DNA of 64,000 nucleotides from Actinomycetota bacterium (GTDB taxonomy: Bacteria; Actinomycetota; Thermoleophilia; Solirubrobacterales; 70-9): positions 494-64,493 of the forward strand of contig JAFDWO010000136.1 in NCBI GenBank assembly GCA_018268415.1, written 5' to 3'. The translations under genes were made by a program, and so were the position numbers. The notes beneath the pieces were generated by a model. That model was given only the letters and a program-made list of their open reading frames with translations, was not told where the DNA came from and did no database searches. Below are positions 36,039 to 47,327 of the stretch, in pieces (the first letter of the stretch is position 1; each line of letters begins with the position of its first letter).

Positions 36039-36817
36039 CCGCCGCCTTCGACACCGACCAGATGATGAGCGTGGCGCTCTCGCGCCTCCTCCACGACGGC
36101 GAGATCGGCTTCATCGGGGTCGGCTCGAGCGGCCGCGCCCACACCCTGGTCACCGGGCTGCCGATGATGGCCGGCCACCTGGCGCGCGGTCGCGGCGTCG
36201 ACTTCGACCTTCAGATCGGCCCTCTGATCGCGCCCGATCTCGAGCAGCCGCCGGGCAGCTGGTTCGACAACGAGATCTACGGCTGGCGCGCCCCGGCGCT
36301 GATCGGCTCCGACGTGAACATGGACGGCTTCAAGCGCGGCGCCGTCTCGGTCGGCTTCATCTCGGGCGCCCAGATCGACCGCCACGGCAACGTCAACGTC
36401 AACCGCGTGCGCGCCGCCGACGGCGGCTGGAAGCGCCTCGGTGGGGCGCTGGCCCTGCCCGAGCACTGCGCCTTCGCGGGCCGGGTGCTGCTGCTCTGTG
36501 ATCTCGCCGAGCGCACCCTGGTCGAGGAAGTCGACTTCGTCACCGGTTTCGGCCATCGTCACCGCGGCGTCACCCGCGCCGAGCTCGGCCTGCCCGGCGG
36601 CGGCCCGGCGGCGCTGGTCAGCGACCTTGCCGTCTTCGACTTCGCGGGCGGCGAGATGCGGCTGACGGGCCTCTACCCGGGCGTGAGCGCCGACCAGGTC
36701 GAGGACCGGATGGGCTTCGTCCCGGCCCGCGCTCCGGACCTCGCCGAGCTCGAGCCGCCGACCGCGGCGGAGCTCGAGCGCCTCGCCGGGCTGAACCTTC
36801 CCGAGCTTCCGTACTAG
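36035..36817 (+). CDS. family I CoA-transferase, subunit B-like
   Basis: 260 aa; 4-nt overlap with subunit A. GSDVNMDGF and GAQIDRHGNVN region. Confidence 0.65.
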   Translation: MTAAFDTDQMMSVALSRLLHDGEIGFIGVGSSGRAHTLVTGLPMMAGHLARGRGVDFDLQIGPLIAPDLEQPPGSWFDNEIYGWRAPALIGSDVNMDGFKRGAVSVGFISGAQIDRHGNVNVNRVRAADGGWKRLGGALALPEHCAFAGRVLLLCDLAERTLVEEVDFVTGFGHRHRGVTRAELGLPGGGPAALVSDLAVFDFAGGEMRLTGLYPGVSADQVEDRMGFVPARAPDLAELEPPTAAELERLAGLNLPELPY

Positions 36818-36837
36818 AGACCAAGGAGCGAGCGCAG

Positions 36838-38220
36838 ATGACGACCAGCACCACGGCACGGATCTGGAAACCGGAGATCGAGACGATGTCTCGCGAGGAG
36901 CTGCGCGAGTTGCAGGGCCGGCGGCTGCGCGAGCAGGTCGCCTACGTCCACGAGCGCTCCCCCTTCTACCGGCGCAAGTTCGCCGCGATCGGGCTCGAGC
37001 CAGGCGACGTGCAGGGCGTCGACGACCTCCGCAAGCTGCCGTTCATCAGCAAGGACGAGCTGCGCCGCTCGCAGGACGAGACGCCGCCGTTCGGCGACCA
37101 CGTCTGCGCGACCCGGGAGGAGATCGCCTGGCTGCCAAGCACCAGCGGTACCACCGGGACGCCGCTGTTGTTGCCGCGCACCGCGGCGGACATCGAGACC
37201 TGGACCGAGCTGAACGCGCGCGCCTTCACCGCGGTCGGGATCGGCCCCGACGACATCTACCAGAACATCCTCACCTACAACTGGATCTACGGCGGCATGG
37301 CCCTCCACCTGGGCGCCCAGCGCACCGGCGCGGTCGTCGTCAACGCGGGGATGGGCAACACCGAGAAGCAGATCTGGGCGCTCAAGTACATGGGCACCAC
37401 CGCCTTCCACGCCACCCCGAGCTACCTGATCCACCTCGGCAATCGCTTCGCCGAAGCGGGCGAGACCGACCAGCTGAAGGTGCGGTCGATCGTCGCCGGC
37501 GGCGAGGTCGGGATGGCCGGCGCCGAGGCGAAGGCGCGGCTGCGGCGGCTGTTCCCGCGGGTCGAGACGCTGGCCGACGTCGGCGGCGTCACCGACGTCG
37601 GCACGATGATCTGGGCCGAGTGCCGGGAGATGTGCGGCGGCCACCTCGCCGAGGACTCGGTGATCTGCGAGATCCTCGACACCGAGACCGGCGAGCCGGT
37701 CGCCCCGGGCGAGGTCGGCGAGCTGGTCTTCACCGACGTCGTGACCAAGGGCGCGCCGCTCCTGCGCTACAAGGTCAACGACCTGACCCGCGTCGACGAG
37801 GCGCACTGTGACTGCGGCCGGACCCTGGCGCGCATCCCCGACGGCATCCTCGGCCGCGCCGACGACATGATCACGGTGCGGGCCGCCAACGTCTACCCGT
37901 CGGCGATCGACGAGATCGTCAAGAGCTTCGCCGAGATTCGCGGCGAGTACCAGGTGATCATCGACAAGCCCGGTGACCTCGACGTGATGACGCTGCGGCT
38001 GGAGCGCGCCGGCGACCTCTCCGCCGAGGCCGAACGCGACCTGCTGCGGCGGATCGACGATCGGGTGAAAATGAACTTCGGGTCGCGCGCCGAGATCGAG
38101 CTGCTCGACCCGGGGACCCTGCCGACCTTCGTCTACAAGGCGAAGCGGATCATCGACAAGCGCAAGGGCGAGAGCGAGCAGGACGCGGTCGACAAAGCTG
38201 CGGAGCAGCAACGGGGCTGA
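36838..38220 (+). CDS. phenylacetate-CoA ligase (PaaK)/coenzyme F390 synthetase-family adenylate-forming enzyme
   Basis: 460 aa. SREELRELQGRRL N-terminus and TSGTTGTPLL P-loop-like motif. Confidence 0.8.
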   Translation: MTTSTTARIWKPEIETMSREELRELQGRRLREQVAYVHERSPFYRRKFAAIGLEPGDVQGVDDLRKLPFISKDELRRSQDETPPFGDHVCATREEIAWLPSTSGTTGTPLLLPRTAADIETWTELNARAFTAVGIGPDDIYQNILTYNWIYGGMALHLGAQRTGAVVVNAGMGNTEKQIWALKYMGTTAFHATPSYLIHLGNRFAEAGETDQLKVRSIVAGGEVGMAGAEAKARLRRLFPRVETLADVGGVTDVGTMIWAECREMCGGHLAEDSVICEILDTETGEPVAPGEVGELVFTDVVTKGAPLLRYKVNDLTRVDEAHCDCGRTLARIPDGILGRADDMITVRAANVYPSAIDEIVKSFAEIRGEYQVIIDKPGDLDVMTLRLERAGDLSAEAERDLLRRIDDRVKMNFGSRAEIELLDPGTLPTFVYKAKRIIDKRKGESEQDAVDKAAEQQRG

Positions 38221-38243
38221 GCGCCCACGAGGGAAGGAGAGGC

Positions 38244-39139
38244 ATGGCAGACAGGAGCGATCGCCAGGTCCGCGGGACGCTGGCGGGGGTCACCGAGGAG
38301 TCGGTAGCGGCGGCCCTGGCGCGGGTCGGGCAGGGCAGGGTCTACAGCCTGCAGTCGCACTGGTGGCGGGGCATGCCCGGGCACCCGGTGCACCCGCAGT
38401 TCGACGTCATCACCTACCGCTCACCGCACGGCGAGCGGGTGCAGAAGGACCAGGAGTACCTGAACCCGCCCCAGAACACGATCGGTTACGGGTTCGTCTC
38501 GGAGATGATCATGGGGACGGCACACACCGGCACCCACATCGACGCGCTCTGCCACGTCACCTGTGGCGAGGACCACGCCTGGCACGGCGGCTTCTCCTCG
38601 GACGAGTACCTGGGGGACTTCGGGGCGCTCAACTCCGACGCCTCCGAGCTGGCGCCGATCATCGCCCGCGGGATCATGCTCGATGTCCCCAGGGCCCTCG
38701 GGATCGATCACTGCGAGGCCGGCTACGCGATCACCGGTGCCGACCTGCAGGCCGCCGTCGACGGGCAGGGGATCGGGGTGCAGCCGGGTGACGTGATCCT
38801 GGTCCGCACCGGGCAGATGCAGTTCTGGCCCGACATGGAGGCCAACGCGGTCGCCGCCGACAGCGGCGTCGGGATGGACGGCTCGCATTGGTTGGCCGAC
38901 CACGAGCCACTCGCCGTCGGTGCCGACAACGTCGCCTTCGAGTGCGCCCCCTCGGGTGTCGAGGGCAGCTCGCAGCCGGTCCACGTCCACCTGATCTACG
39001 AGCTCGGCATCCCGATCCTCGAGTGGGTCGACTGCGAGAAGCTGGCCGCCGACGGGGTCTACGAGTTCACCTTCATCTGCCTGCCGCTCGGGGTGATGGG
39101 GGCGACCGGCTCGATGGTGAACCCGATCGCGATCGTCTG

Positions 39140-39140
<1 letters not shown>
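38244..39140 (+). CDS. cyclase-family protein (second paralogue)
   Basis: 298 aa. GTAHTGTHIDALCH motif. Confidence 0.75.
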
Positions 39141-39883
<743 letters not shown>

Positions 39884-39884
39884 G

Positions 39885-40310
39885 GTGGCGGTCGAGGGGT
39901 TCCGCTTCAGCGTCCGCCAGGAGGTCTCGCCGCGTGATCTCGACGGCTTCGGCCACGTCAACAACGCCGTCTACCTCACCTACATGGAGAACGCCCGGGT
40001 CGCCTACCTGCGCGAGGTGCTCGGCGTCCGCCGGCTCGAGGACGTGCGCAACGTGATGGCGTCGGTGACGGTCGAGTTCAAGGCGCCGGCCTCCTTCGGC
40101 GACGTCCTCGAGGTGGCCGTGCGCTGCGAGCAGATCGGCGGCAAGAGCTTCGGCCTGCGTTACGCGATCGTCGGCGCGGACGGCACCACGGTCGCCACCG
40201 CGACGAGCGCCCAGGTGATGTTCGACTTCGCCACGCAGCAATCGATTCCGGTGCCGCCCGCCTGGCGCTGCTCGATCGAGACCTACGACCGTCAGGTCGA
40301 GGCGCAGTGA
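39885..40310 (+). CDS. 4HBT/YbgC-type acyl-CoA thioesterase (hotdog fold)
   Basis: 141 aa with a GTG start. DLDGFGHVNNAVYLTYME motif. Confidence 0.8.
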   Translation: MAVEGFRFSVRQEVSPRDLDGFGHVNNAVYLTYMENARVAYLREVLGVRRLEDVRNVMASVTVEFKAPASFGDVLEVAVRCEQIGGKSFGLRYAIVGADGTTVATATSAQVMFDFATQQSIPVPPAWRCSIETYDRQVEAQ

Positions 40311-42022
40311 TCGCGCGGCGCTATCAGGAGCCGGTGTCGGTGCCGGACGCGGTCATCGGCGTGCTCGCCGAAGCGGGGGTGGACGCGGTCTTCGGGATGC
40401 CCGGCGGCTACACCCTGAAGCTGTTCGACGCGCTGATCGACCACCCCGAGGTGCGCACCGTCCTCACCCGCGACGAGACCCTGGCCGGGGTGATGGCGGA
40501 GGTCTACGGGCGGCTGACCGGCAAGCCCGGCGTGGTGATCGGACAGGGCGCCTTCCTGGTCGCCAACGCGTTGCTCGGAGCGCTCGAGGCGCACCTCGGC
40601 AGCGCGCCGATGCTGCTGCTCGGCGATGCCACCGATTTTGCCCCGTTCACCCATCACGCGCCCTACCAGGCGGGGATGGCGCTGCCCGGCAACTGGGACG
40701 CGCGGGGAGCGCTCGGCGCGGTCACCAAGTGGGCGGCGGTGGTTCGCGATGGCGCCGAGGCGGTCCAGGTGACCCAGCAGGCGGTGCGGGCCGCGCTCAG
40801 CGACGACCCCGGACCGGTGGCGATGATCTACCACGGCGAGGCGCTCGACGACGAGGTCTCGGCCGCCTCGGTGCCGCGGGTGTACCCGACGTCGGCGTAC
40901 CTGCCGCCCGCCCCGCCGCCGGTCGACCCGGCGGCGCTCGCGGCCGCGGTGCGGGCGTTGGCCACGGCGGAGCGGCCGGTGATCGTGGCCGGCAACGGGG
41001 TGCGGTTGGCGCGCGCCCACGAGGAGCTCGCCGAGCTGGCGCGGGCGCTCGGGGCGCCGGTGGTGACGACGGCGGGCGGCAAGGGGGTGCTCGCGGAGGT
41101 CGACCCCTACGCGCTCGGCGTCTTCGGCAACTTCGGCAGGCCGGCGGCGAACGAGGCGGTCGGGGCCGCCGACGCGGTGCTCGCGATCGGCACCCGGCTC
41201 GCGCCGACCGACACGGCCAACGAGAGCCCCGAGCTGATCGATCCCGAGCGCCAGGTCATCGTCCAGGTCGACGTCTCCGCCACCAACCTCGGCCTCGCGT
41301 TCCCGGTCGACCATGCGCTCCTCGGCGACGCCGGCGAGGCGATGCGCCGGCTGGTCGTCGAGCTCGGCGCGGCCGGCGGCCGGCCGGCGTCCCCGCCCTG
41401 GGCGGCCGGCGGCGAGGAGGTGTGGTCGGCAGGCCCGGAGGCATTCTCCGACGAGGTGCCCGTCTTGCCGCAACGGGCGATCGCCGAGCTGCAGCGCGCC
41501 GCTCCCGCCGACGCCTTCCTCACCTGCGATGCGGGCGAGAACCGCCTCTTCATGCTCCACCACTTCCAGACCCGACAGGCGGGGACGTTTCTCCAGCCCG
41601 CCGCCAGCGGCGGTATGGGCTACGCGATCCCGGCGGCGCTGGCCGCCAAGGTCGTCCATCCCGGGCGGGCGGCGGTCGCGGTCTGTGGCGACGGCGGCTT
41701 CGCGATGACGATGAACGGCCTGATGACGGCGATCGAGATGGAGCTGCCGATCGTCGTCATGGTGCTGAACAACGGCGTCCTCGGCTGGGTCCTGCACGGT
41801 CAGCCGCGCCCGATCGCCTCGCGGTTCGCCCCCTTCGACCACGCGGCCATGGCGCGCTCGATGGGCTGCGGGGGCATCCGCGTGGAGCGGCCGGAGAACC
41901 TCGCCGACGCGCTCGGGCGGGCGTTTGCGGAAAGCGACCGGCCGACCGTGGTCGAGGTCCTCTCGAGCCCCGAGCAGACCTACCGCACGGTCGCCTCGCC
42001 GCTCGCCGAGACCGCGGAGTAG
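40307..42022 (+). CDS. thiamine-diphosphate-dependent enzyme, acetolactate-synthase-like family (second paralogue)
   Basis: 571 aa. GMPGGYTLKLFDA N-terminus and GDGGFAMT ... NNGVLG TPP motif. 4-nt overlap with the thioesterase. Confidence 0.85.
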   Translation: MIARRYQEPVSVPDAVIGVLAEAGVDAVFGMPGGYTLKLFDALIDHPEVRTVLTRDETLAGVMAEVYGRLTGKPGVVIGQGAFLVANALLGALEAHLGSAPMLLLGDATDFAPFTHHAPYQAGMALPGNWDARGALGAVTKWAAVVRDGAEAVQVTQQAVRAALSDDPGPVAMIYHGEALDDEVSAASVPRVYPTSAYLPPAPPPVDPAALAAAVRALATAERPVIVAGNGVRLARAHEELAELARALGAPVVTTAGGKGVLAEVDPYALGVFGNFGRPAANEAVGAADAVLAIGTRLAPTDTANESPELIDPERQVIVQVDVSATNLGLAFPVDHALLGDAGEAMRRLVVELGAAGGRPASPPWAAGGEEVWSAGPEAFSDEVPVLPQRAIAELQRAAPADAFLTCDAGENRLFMLHHFQTRQAGTFLQPAASGGMGYAIPAALAAKVVHPGRAAVAVCGDGGFAMTMNGLMTAIEMELPIVVMVLNNGVLGWVLHGQPRPIASRFAPFDHAAMARSMGCGGIRVERPENLADALGRAFAESDRPTVVEVLSSPEQTYRTVASPLAETAE

Positions 42023-42082
42023 GGATCGCCGGGCGCCGGGCCTCCGCCGGGTTTGACAACTTCTTTCAGACATACAGCCTTC

Positions 42083-42111
42083 TTGAAAACAACTTCCTGA
42101 TGATCTAGGCT
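42083..42111 (+). promoter_or_regulatory. candidate promoter of the RpiR gene: TTGAAA - 17 nt - TAGGCT
   Basis: Lies in an AT-rich patch of a 209-bp intergenic region. A direct repeat ACAACTTC occurs twice (about 42055 and 42089). Confidence 0.3.
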
Positions 42112-42231
42112 CACCGCCAGCATCAGTGGAGCGAGGCGTCGCCGGCGGCGTAACGCGATTCGCCCTGAACAGAGGAGACTGACTGTGCAAAATCCGGATA
42201 CGCTGCTTTCTGGCTTGATTGCGGGCAGACT

Positions 42232-43179
42232 GTGAGCGGAAGCACGGCGAAGGTGAACGGGGACGCGGCGCGGGCGGCGACCGGCGACGGGCCCGGCTGC
42301 ATCGCGCGGATCCAGAGCAGCTTCCAGGACTTCACCCCGGCCGAGCGGCGGATCGCCGAAACCGTCCTCGCCGACCCCGACGGGCTGGTCCTCGCCAGCG
42401 TCACCGACTTCGCCGGGCGCAGCGGCGGCAGCGAGGCGGCGGTCAGTCGCTTCGCCCGCAAGCTCGGGTACGGCAGCTTCGCCGAGTTCAAGCTCGCGCT
42501 CTCCCGCGACATCGCTCCGACCGGCCGGCCGGTCCACGGTGACGTCGAGCTGGGCGACGATACGGAGACCGTCGTGGCCAAGGTCGCGGCCGGCAACATC
42601 AGGGCGATCGACGATGCCGTGAGGCGCGTCGACCAGGCGGCGCTGGCCGAGGCCGCACGGCGCATTTCCGCTGCAAATCGCGTTGCTTTCTGCGGATTTG
42701 CCGGCTCGGCGATCGCCGCCCAGGACGCGATGAACCACTTCGTCCGGGCGATCCCCAACGCCTTCCACTTCGTCGATCCGCACGAGCAGACGATCTGGGC
42801 CTCCCTTTGTGGCTCGGGCGACGTGCTCGTCCTCTGCTCCCACTCCGGATCCTCGCGGGACCTGCTCGAGCTCGCGCAGCTGGCGGTCGACCGCGGCGCC
42901 TTCGTCATCGCGATCACGAACCAGGGCGGCAACGCCCTGGCCGAGATCGCGCAGCTGAACCTCCATACCTCCACCCGCGAGGGCCGCTTCCGCGAGGAGG
43001 CGCTCACCTCGCGGATCGCGACGCTGACGCTGATCGACATCCTCTACGTCCTCGTCGCCCTGCAGCGGCCCGAGGAGATGGCGGAGCGCGGCGAGGCGAT
43101 CCGCGACGCGATCGACTCCAAGCGCGTCTCCGGCCCGCGTACCGGCAGCCTCTCGGCGCCGGTTCGCGTTCGCCCCTAG
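42232..43179 (+). CDS. MurR/RpiR-family transcriptional regulator (HTH_6 + SIS domain)
   Basis: 315 aa with a GTG start. FTPAERRIAETVL HTH region and a SIS motif CSHSGSSRD. Confidence 0.8.
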   Translation: MSGSTAKVNGDAARAATGDGPGCIARIQSSFQDFTPAERRIAETVLADPDGLVLASVTDFAGRSGGSEAAVSRFARKLGYGSFAEFKLALSRDIAPTGRPVHGDVELGDDTETVVAKVAAGNIRAIDDAVRRVDQAALAEAARRISAANRVAFCGFAGSAIAAQDAMNHFVRAIPNAFHFVDPHEQTIWASLCGSGDVLVLCSHSGSSRDLLELAQLAVDRGAFVIAITNQGGNALAEIAQLNLHTSTREGRFREEALTSRIATLTLIDILYVLVALQRPEEMAERGEAIRDAIDSKRVSGPRTGSLSAPVRVRP

Positions 43180-43287
43180 TCGACTCCGCCGACGACCCGC
43201 GCAGTCCGGTCGCCAGGTGTGGGCAGGTTCCCGCGCGGCGTCTCGGTCTACCCCTGCTCTGTAGAAATTTTCGTCATTCATCTAGAT

Positions 43288-43316
43288 ATTGAAAATCTCT
43301 TGCAAATCGATTACGG
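43288..43316 (+). promoter_or_regulatory. candidate promoter of the ABC transporter operon: TTGAAA - 17 nt - TACGGT, overlapped by inverted repeat AGAAATTTTC (43262) / GAAAATCTCT (43290)
   Basis: AT-rich island in the 218-bp intergenic region. The inverted repeat matches 9 of 10 positions. Confidence 0.3.
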
Positions 43317-43397
43317 TTGCGAGGCAGGCCGAGGAGAGGGCAAGCGCGTGGCGTGTTGCGGCATCTCCCGGTCTTTCGAGATCAAAGGAGGAGATTG

Positions 43398-44630
43398 GTG
43401 AAAGTGCCAAGTAGGAACGGCGGCCCCGAGGCCACGAAACAGCGTTGGCTGTCGCTCGTCGTCGGTGTCTTCCTGATCGCCGCGCTCACGGTCGGGCTCA
43501 CGGCCTGCGGCGGTGGCGGCAGCACTACCTCGGGCGGCTCCAACGAAGAAGCCGCGGCGGGGGAAGAAGCCGGCGGCGCCGAAGAAGGTGGGGGCAGCTC
43601 CGAACTCGCCTCCTTCGAAAAAAAACTGGAAGAAGCGAAAGAAACGGAGCCGAACCACTGGGAAGGTCCGACCGTTCCGGTGACTCCGCCCAAACACTTC
43701 AAGGTGGCGGGCGTCAGCTGCTCCAGTCAGCTTGAAGGCTGCCTGACCCCGCTCCAGGGCGCCGAAGACGCGGCCAAGGAACTCGGCTGGGAATTCGAAA
43801 TCTACGACGGCGAAGGCGACCCGACGGTCCAGGCCAAACGGATCCAGCAGGCGATCCAGAAAGGCGCCAACGCGCTGATCCTCGCCGCGGTCGAAGGCAA
43901 CTCGGTGAAAAGCGAGCTGGAAGAAGCCGAAAAGGCCGGGATCATCGTCATCTCGACGACCAACGGCACCGCGCCCGGCGAACAGGGCTACAAGATCGAC
44001 ACCTCGCCGAACGTGACCGCGATCGGCAACGCGGTGGCCGACTGGATGATCGTCGACAGCGGCGGCAAGGCGGTCGTCACCCCGTTCGTCGACCGCGAGT
44101 TCCAGACCAACCTCGACTTCTCCGAAGGCATCGAAGAAGAGCTCAAGCAGTGCTCGGGTTGCAAGATCGAATCGCCGGTCAACTTCGTCGCGACCGACGT
44201 CGGCAGCAAGCTCGGCGCCAACACCACCGCGTACCTCCAGCAGCACCCCGAAGTCGGGTACTTCTACTCGACCTACGATCCGGCGATGGCCGAACAGGTC
44301 GCCGCCGTGCAGCAGGCCGGGATCGAAGTGAAGTCCTGCAGTCAGCTCGGTGACGCTCAGAACCTGAGCTTCATCAAAAACGGACAGGTGCAGGCCTGCG
44401 ACGGTGCCTGGGACAACGAGTATGAGGGCTACGCGACGATCGATCAGATCATCCGCCTGGCCACGCACAAACCGCTCTGGGTCAGCAAGAACGTTCCGCC
44501 GCGGTTCAAATACGGCGAGAACATCCCCTGGGTTCTGCTCGAAAAGAACAACCTGCCCGAAAGCGAAGAAACGTACCGGGCCCCGTTCGACTACATCAGC
44601 GAATACCAGAAGCTATGGGGTCTGAAGTAA
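43398..44630 (+). CDS. sugar ABC transporter substrate-binding lipoprotein
   Basis: GTG 43398 (or 43404) follows an AAAGGAGGAG RBS. Signal peptide with lipobox LTAC followed by a Gly/Ser/Glu linker. Periplasmic-binding-protein type I fold. Confidence 0.8.
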   Translation: MKVPSRNGGPEATKQRWLSLVVGVFLIAALTVGLTACGGGGSTTSGGSNEEAAAGEEAGGAEEGGGSSELASFEKKLEEAKETEPNHWEGPTVPVTPPKHFKVAGVSCSSQLEGCLTPLQGAEDAAKELGWEFEIYDGEGDPTVQAKRIQQAIQKGANALILAAVEGNSVKSELEEAEKAGIIVISTTNGTAPGEQGYKIDTSPNVTAIGNAVADWMIVDSGGKAVVTPFVDREFQTNLDFSEGIEEELKQCSGCKIESPVNFVATDVGSKLGANTTAYLQQHPEVGYFYSTYDPAMAEQVAAVQQAGIEVKSCSQLGDAQNLSFIKNGQVQACDGAWDNEYEGYATIDQIIRLATHKPLWVSKNVPPRFKYGENIPWVLLEKNNLPESEETYRAPFDYISEYQKLWGLK

Positions 44631-46162
44631 AGGACTCCTCCTCCACGCGCCTGCGAGCCGAGGGTCTCTCGAAGACCTTCGGCTCCGCGCGCGTGCTCCG
44701 GGACGTCGATCTCGAGATCGAGGCGGGGGAAATCCACGCCCTGCTCGGAGCGAACGGGTCGGGGAAGTCGACGCTGATCAAGTGCATCACCGGCGTCGAG
44801 CGTCCCGACCCGGGGGCGCGCCTGGAGATCGATGGGCACGACGTGCTCGGGGACTACTCGACCACGGTCGCCCACGATCTCGGGGTGCGCGTCGTCCACC
44901 AGGAGGCGCCGTTGATCGACAGCCTCACGATCGCCGAAACCGTCGGCCACCACCGCGGCTTCCCGACCGTCGGCGGGCTGATCAACAAGCGCCGCCTGGC
45001 CCGCGAGACGCGGGAAACCTTCGAGCGACTCGGCCTCGAGGTCGAGCCGAACGCGCTCGCCTCGACCCTCTCGGCACCGGAGCGGGCGATGCTGATGCTG
45101 GCGCTCGCGCTCGGCAACGGTGACGCCCGTCTGATCGTCCTCGACGAGCCGACCGCCTCGCTCACCTCCGGCGATGCGGAGCGCTTCCTGAAGGCGGTCG
45201 AGGTCGCCGCCCGGCAGGGCGCCGGCGTCCTCTTCGTCACCCACCGGCTCGGCGAGGTCTTCGGGATCTGCACCGGGGTCACCATCTTGCGCGACGGCGA
45301 GGTCGTCCGCCGCACGACGACCGCGGAGATCAACCTCGAGGGGATCGTCGACGAGATCGTCGGCCCCTCGGTCGACCGCAGCTCGGTCGGCTCGAAAGCG
45401 GTGCCGGCCCGCTTCCTCGCCAAGCGGAGCGATGGCGGGCCCGTCGCCGGCGCGCCGGCGACGACGGCGCTGCGGGCCGAGAACCTTCACGCCGCGACCG
45501 TCGACGACATCACCATGCAGGTCGAGGCGGGCGAGATCCTCGGGATCAGCGGCCTGCTCGGCAGCGGTGCCTCGGAGCTCTGTGGCCTCCTCTCCGGCGC
45601 CGCCCCGCTGCGGTCGGGGCGGGTCACGATCGGCGGGCGTGATCTGCCGCACGGCTTCAACAGTCGCGATGCGATGGCGGCGGGTCTCTCCTTCGTCCCC
45701 GGTGACCGACTGCGGGAGGGCGGCATCGGCTCGCTCTCCCTCCTCGACAACATCACCTTGCCCAACCTCGAGTACTACGGGGTCAGCCGCCGCCGGCCGC
45801 TCGACGACTTCGGCACGATCGTCGACTCGCTCGACGTGCGGCCGCCGGAGCCGCGGCGTCCGTTCGGCACCCTGAGCGGCGGCAACCAGCAGAAGGTGAT
45901 CGTCGGCAAGTGGGCGCTGATGCGGCCCTCGGTCTTCCTCCTCGACAACCCGACGGCGGGGGTCGACCCGGGCGCGCGCGAGGACATCCTCGCGTTGCTG
46001 CGGGGCCTCGCCGACGCGGGGACGGCGGTGGTCGTGCACTCCTCCGAGCCGGAGGAGCTGTCCCGCCTGGCGACCCGGGTCCTCGTCATCAAAGAGGGCC
46101 GGATCGTGGCCGAGCTGAAGGAACGGGAAGTGACCGAACGCGGGATCACCGCGGCGAGCTAG
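44615..46162 (+). CDS. sugar ABC transporter ATP-binding protein (duplicated ABC domains)
   Basis: 515 aa. Walker A GANGSGKST, a degenerate second site GLLGSGASE, and an LSGGNQQK signature. Confidence 0.85.
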   Translation: MGSEVKDSSSTRLRAEGLSKTFGSARVLRDVDLEIEAGEIHALLGANGSGKSTLIKCITGVERPDPGARLEIDGHDVLGDYSTTVAHDLGVRVVHQEAPLIDSLTIAETVGHHRGFPTVGGLINKRRLARETRETFERLGLEVEPNALASTLSAPERAMLMLALALGNGDARLIVLDEPTASLTSGDAERFLKAVEVAARQGAGVLFVTHRLGEVFGICTGVTILRDGEVVRRTTTAEINLEGIVDEIVGPSVDRSSVGSKAVPARFLAKRSDGGPVAGAPATTALRAENLHAATVDDITMQVEAGEILGISGLLGSGASELCGLLSGAAPLRSGRVTIGGRDLPHGFNSRDAMAAGLSFVPGDRLREGGIGSLSLLDNITLPNLEYYGVSRRRPLDDFGTIVDSLDVRPPEPRRPFGTLSGGNQQKVIVGKWALMRPSVFLLDNPTAGVDPGAREDILALLRGLADAGTAVVVHSSEPEELSRLATRVLVIKEGRIVAELKEREVTERGITAAS

Positions 46163-46193
46163 ATCTGCAAACGAGCAAAGGACTGGAGCACGA

Positions 46194-47231
46194 GTGACCG
46201 AGACGACGAGCACCGAGAAAAAGGCTGGGACCGGCGGCGCCGGCAACGCCCGCCCGCGGGCGATCGGCTCGAAATCCGAGGGGTCGAGGCCGCGAGACTT
46301 TCTGCAGCGCTACGGCTCGGTCCTGTTGCTGATCCTGGTCTGCGTCATCTTCTCGATCCTCTCGCCGGAAACCTTCGCGACCAAGCAGAACGCGGTCACG
46401 ATCCTCCAGCAGCAGGCGGTGCTCGCCTGCCTCGCGCTCGGGCTGCTGCTGCCGATCGCGGTCGGTGAGTTCGACCTCTCGGTCGGTTACGTGCTCGGTT
46501 TCGCCGCCGTCGAGGCCGCGGCCCTGGGCGGGAAAACCGACCTGCCGGGCGGCGTGATCGTCCCCGCGGTGATCCTCACCGGCATCCTGATCGGGACCCT
46601 GAACGGCGTCCTCACCGCGGGCTTCAGGATCCACTCGTTGATCGCGACCCTCGGCGTCGGGTTCGCGGTCAGCGGCGGCACGGTCGGGATCAGCGGCGGC
46701 ACCACGCTCTTCCAGGGCGTCTCGCCGATCATCCCGAAGCTCGCCAACACCAACATCCTCGGGCTCAAATCGGCCGTCTGGATCGTCTTCGCCCTGGCGA
46801 TCGCCCTTTACCTGGTGCTCGAGTACACGCCCTTCGGTCGGCGCGTCTACGCGGTCGGCGGCAGTGAGCGGGTCGCCCGCCTGGCCGGCGTCCGCACCGA
46901 GATGATCAAAATCGCCGCCTTCGCGATCGCCGGGGGCATGGCCGCCTGCGCCGGGATCCTGCAGCTGGGCCAGGCGGGTGGCGCGACGCCGGCGTTCGGC
47001 GTCAACCTGCTGCTGCCGGCCTTCGCGGCGATCTTCCTCGGCGCCACGGCGATCAAACCCGGCGTCTTCAACGTCTGGGGGACGATCATCGCGATCCTCC
47101 TGCTCGCCGCCGGCTTCACCGGCCTCGGGCTCCAGGGAGTGCCGCTGTGGGTCCAGCCGATCTTCGACGGCGTGGTCCTGCTCGCGGCGGTGCTGGTCAC
47201 CCGCCGCGAGGCGCGCAGCCTCGGTGGCTGA
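46194..47231 (+). CDS. sugar ABC transporter permease (ribose/xylose type)
   Basis: 345 aa with a GTG start and about 8-10 hydrophobic segments. Confidence 0.8.
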   Translation: MTETTSTEKKAGTGGAGNARPRAIGSKSEGSRPRDFLQRYGSVLLLILVCVIFSILSPETFATKQNAVTILQQQAVLACLALGLLLPIAVGEFDLSVGYVLGFAAVEAAALGGKTDLPGGVIVPAVILTGILIGTLNGVLTAGFRIHSLIATLGVGFAVSGGTVGISGGTTLFQGVSPIIPKLANTNILGLKSAVWIVFALAIALYLVLEYTPFGRRVYAVGGSERVARLAGVRTEMIKIAAFAIAGGMAACAGILQLGQAGGATPAFGVNLLLPAFAAIFLGATAIKPGVFNVWGTIIAILLLAAGFTGLGLQGVPLWVQPIFDGVVLLAAVLVTRREARSLGG

Positions 47232-47253
47232 GCCGGGGACCAGGGTCCCGACC

Positions 47254-47282
47254 TTCCGGGCGCCGGCGGACGGCGCCCGGAA
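47254..47282 (+). terminator. hairpin TTCCGGGCGCC-ggcggac-GGCGCCCGGAA after the permease gene
   Basis: 11-bp perfect stem, 23 nt after the stop. Preceded by a smaller GGGACC/GGTCCC hairpin. Confidence 0.5.
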
Positions 47283-47311
47283 AGGGCCGGGAGGCGCTAC
47301 GGCGCTTCTAC

Positions 47312-47327
47312 CTGTATACGTATGCAG
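47312..47327. promoter_or_regulatory. LacI-type palindromic operator candidate CTGTATACGTATGCAG (site 2)
   Basis: 15 of 16 positions are palindromic, with core ATACGTAT. It overlaps the first ATG (47322) of the HisD-like ORF. Confidence 0.45.
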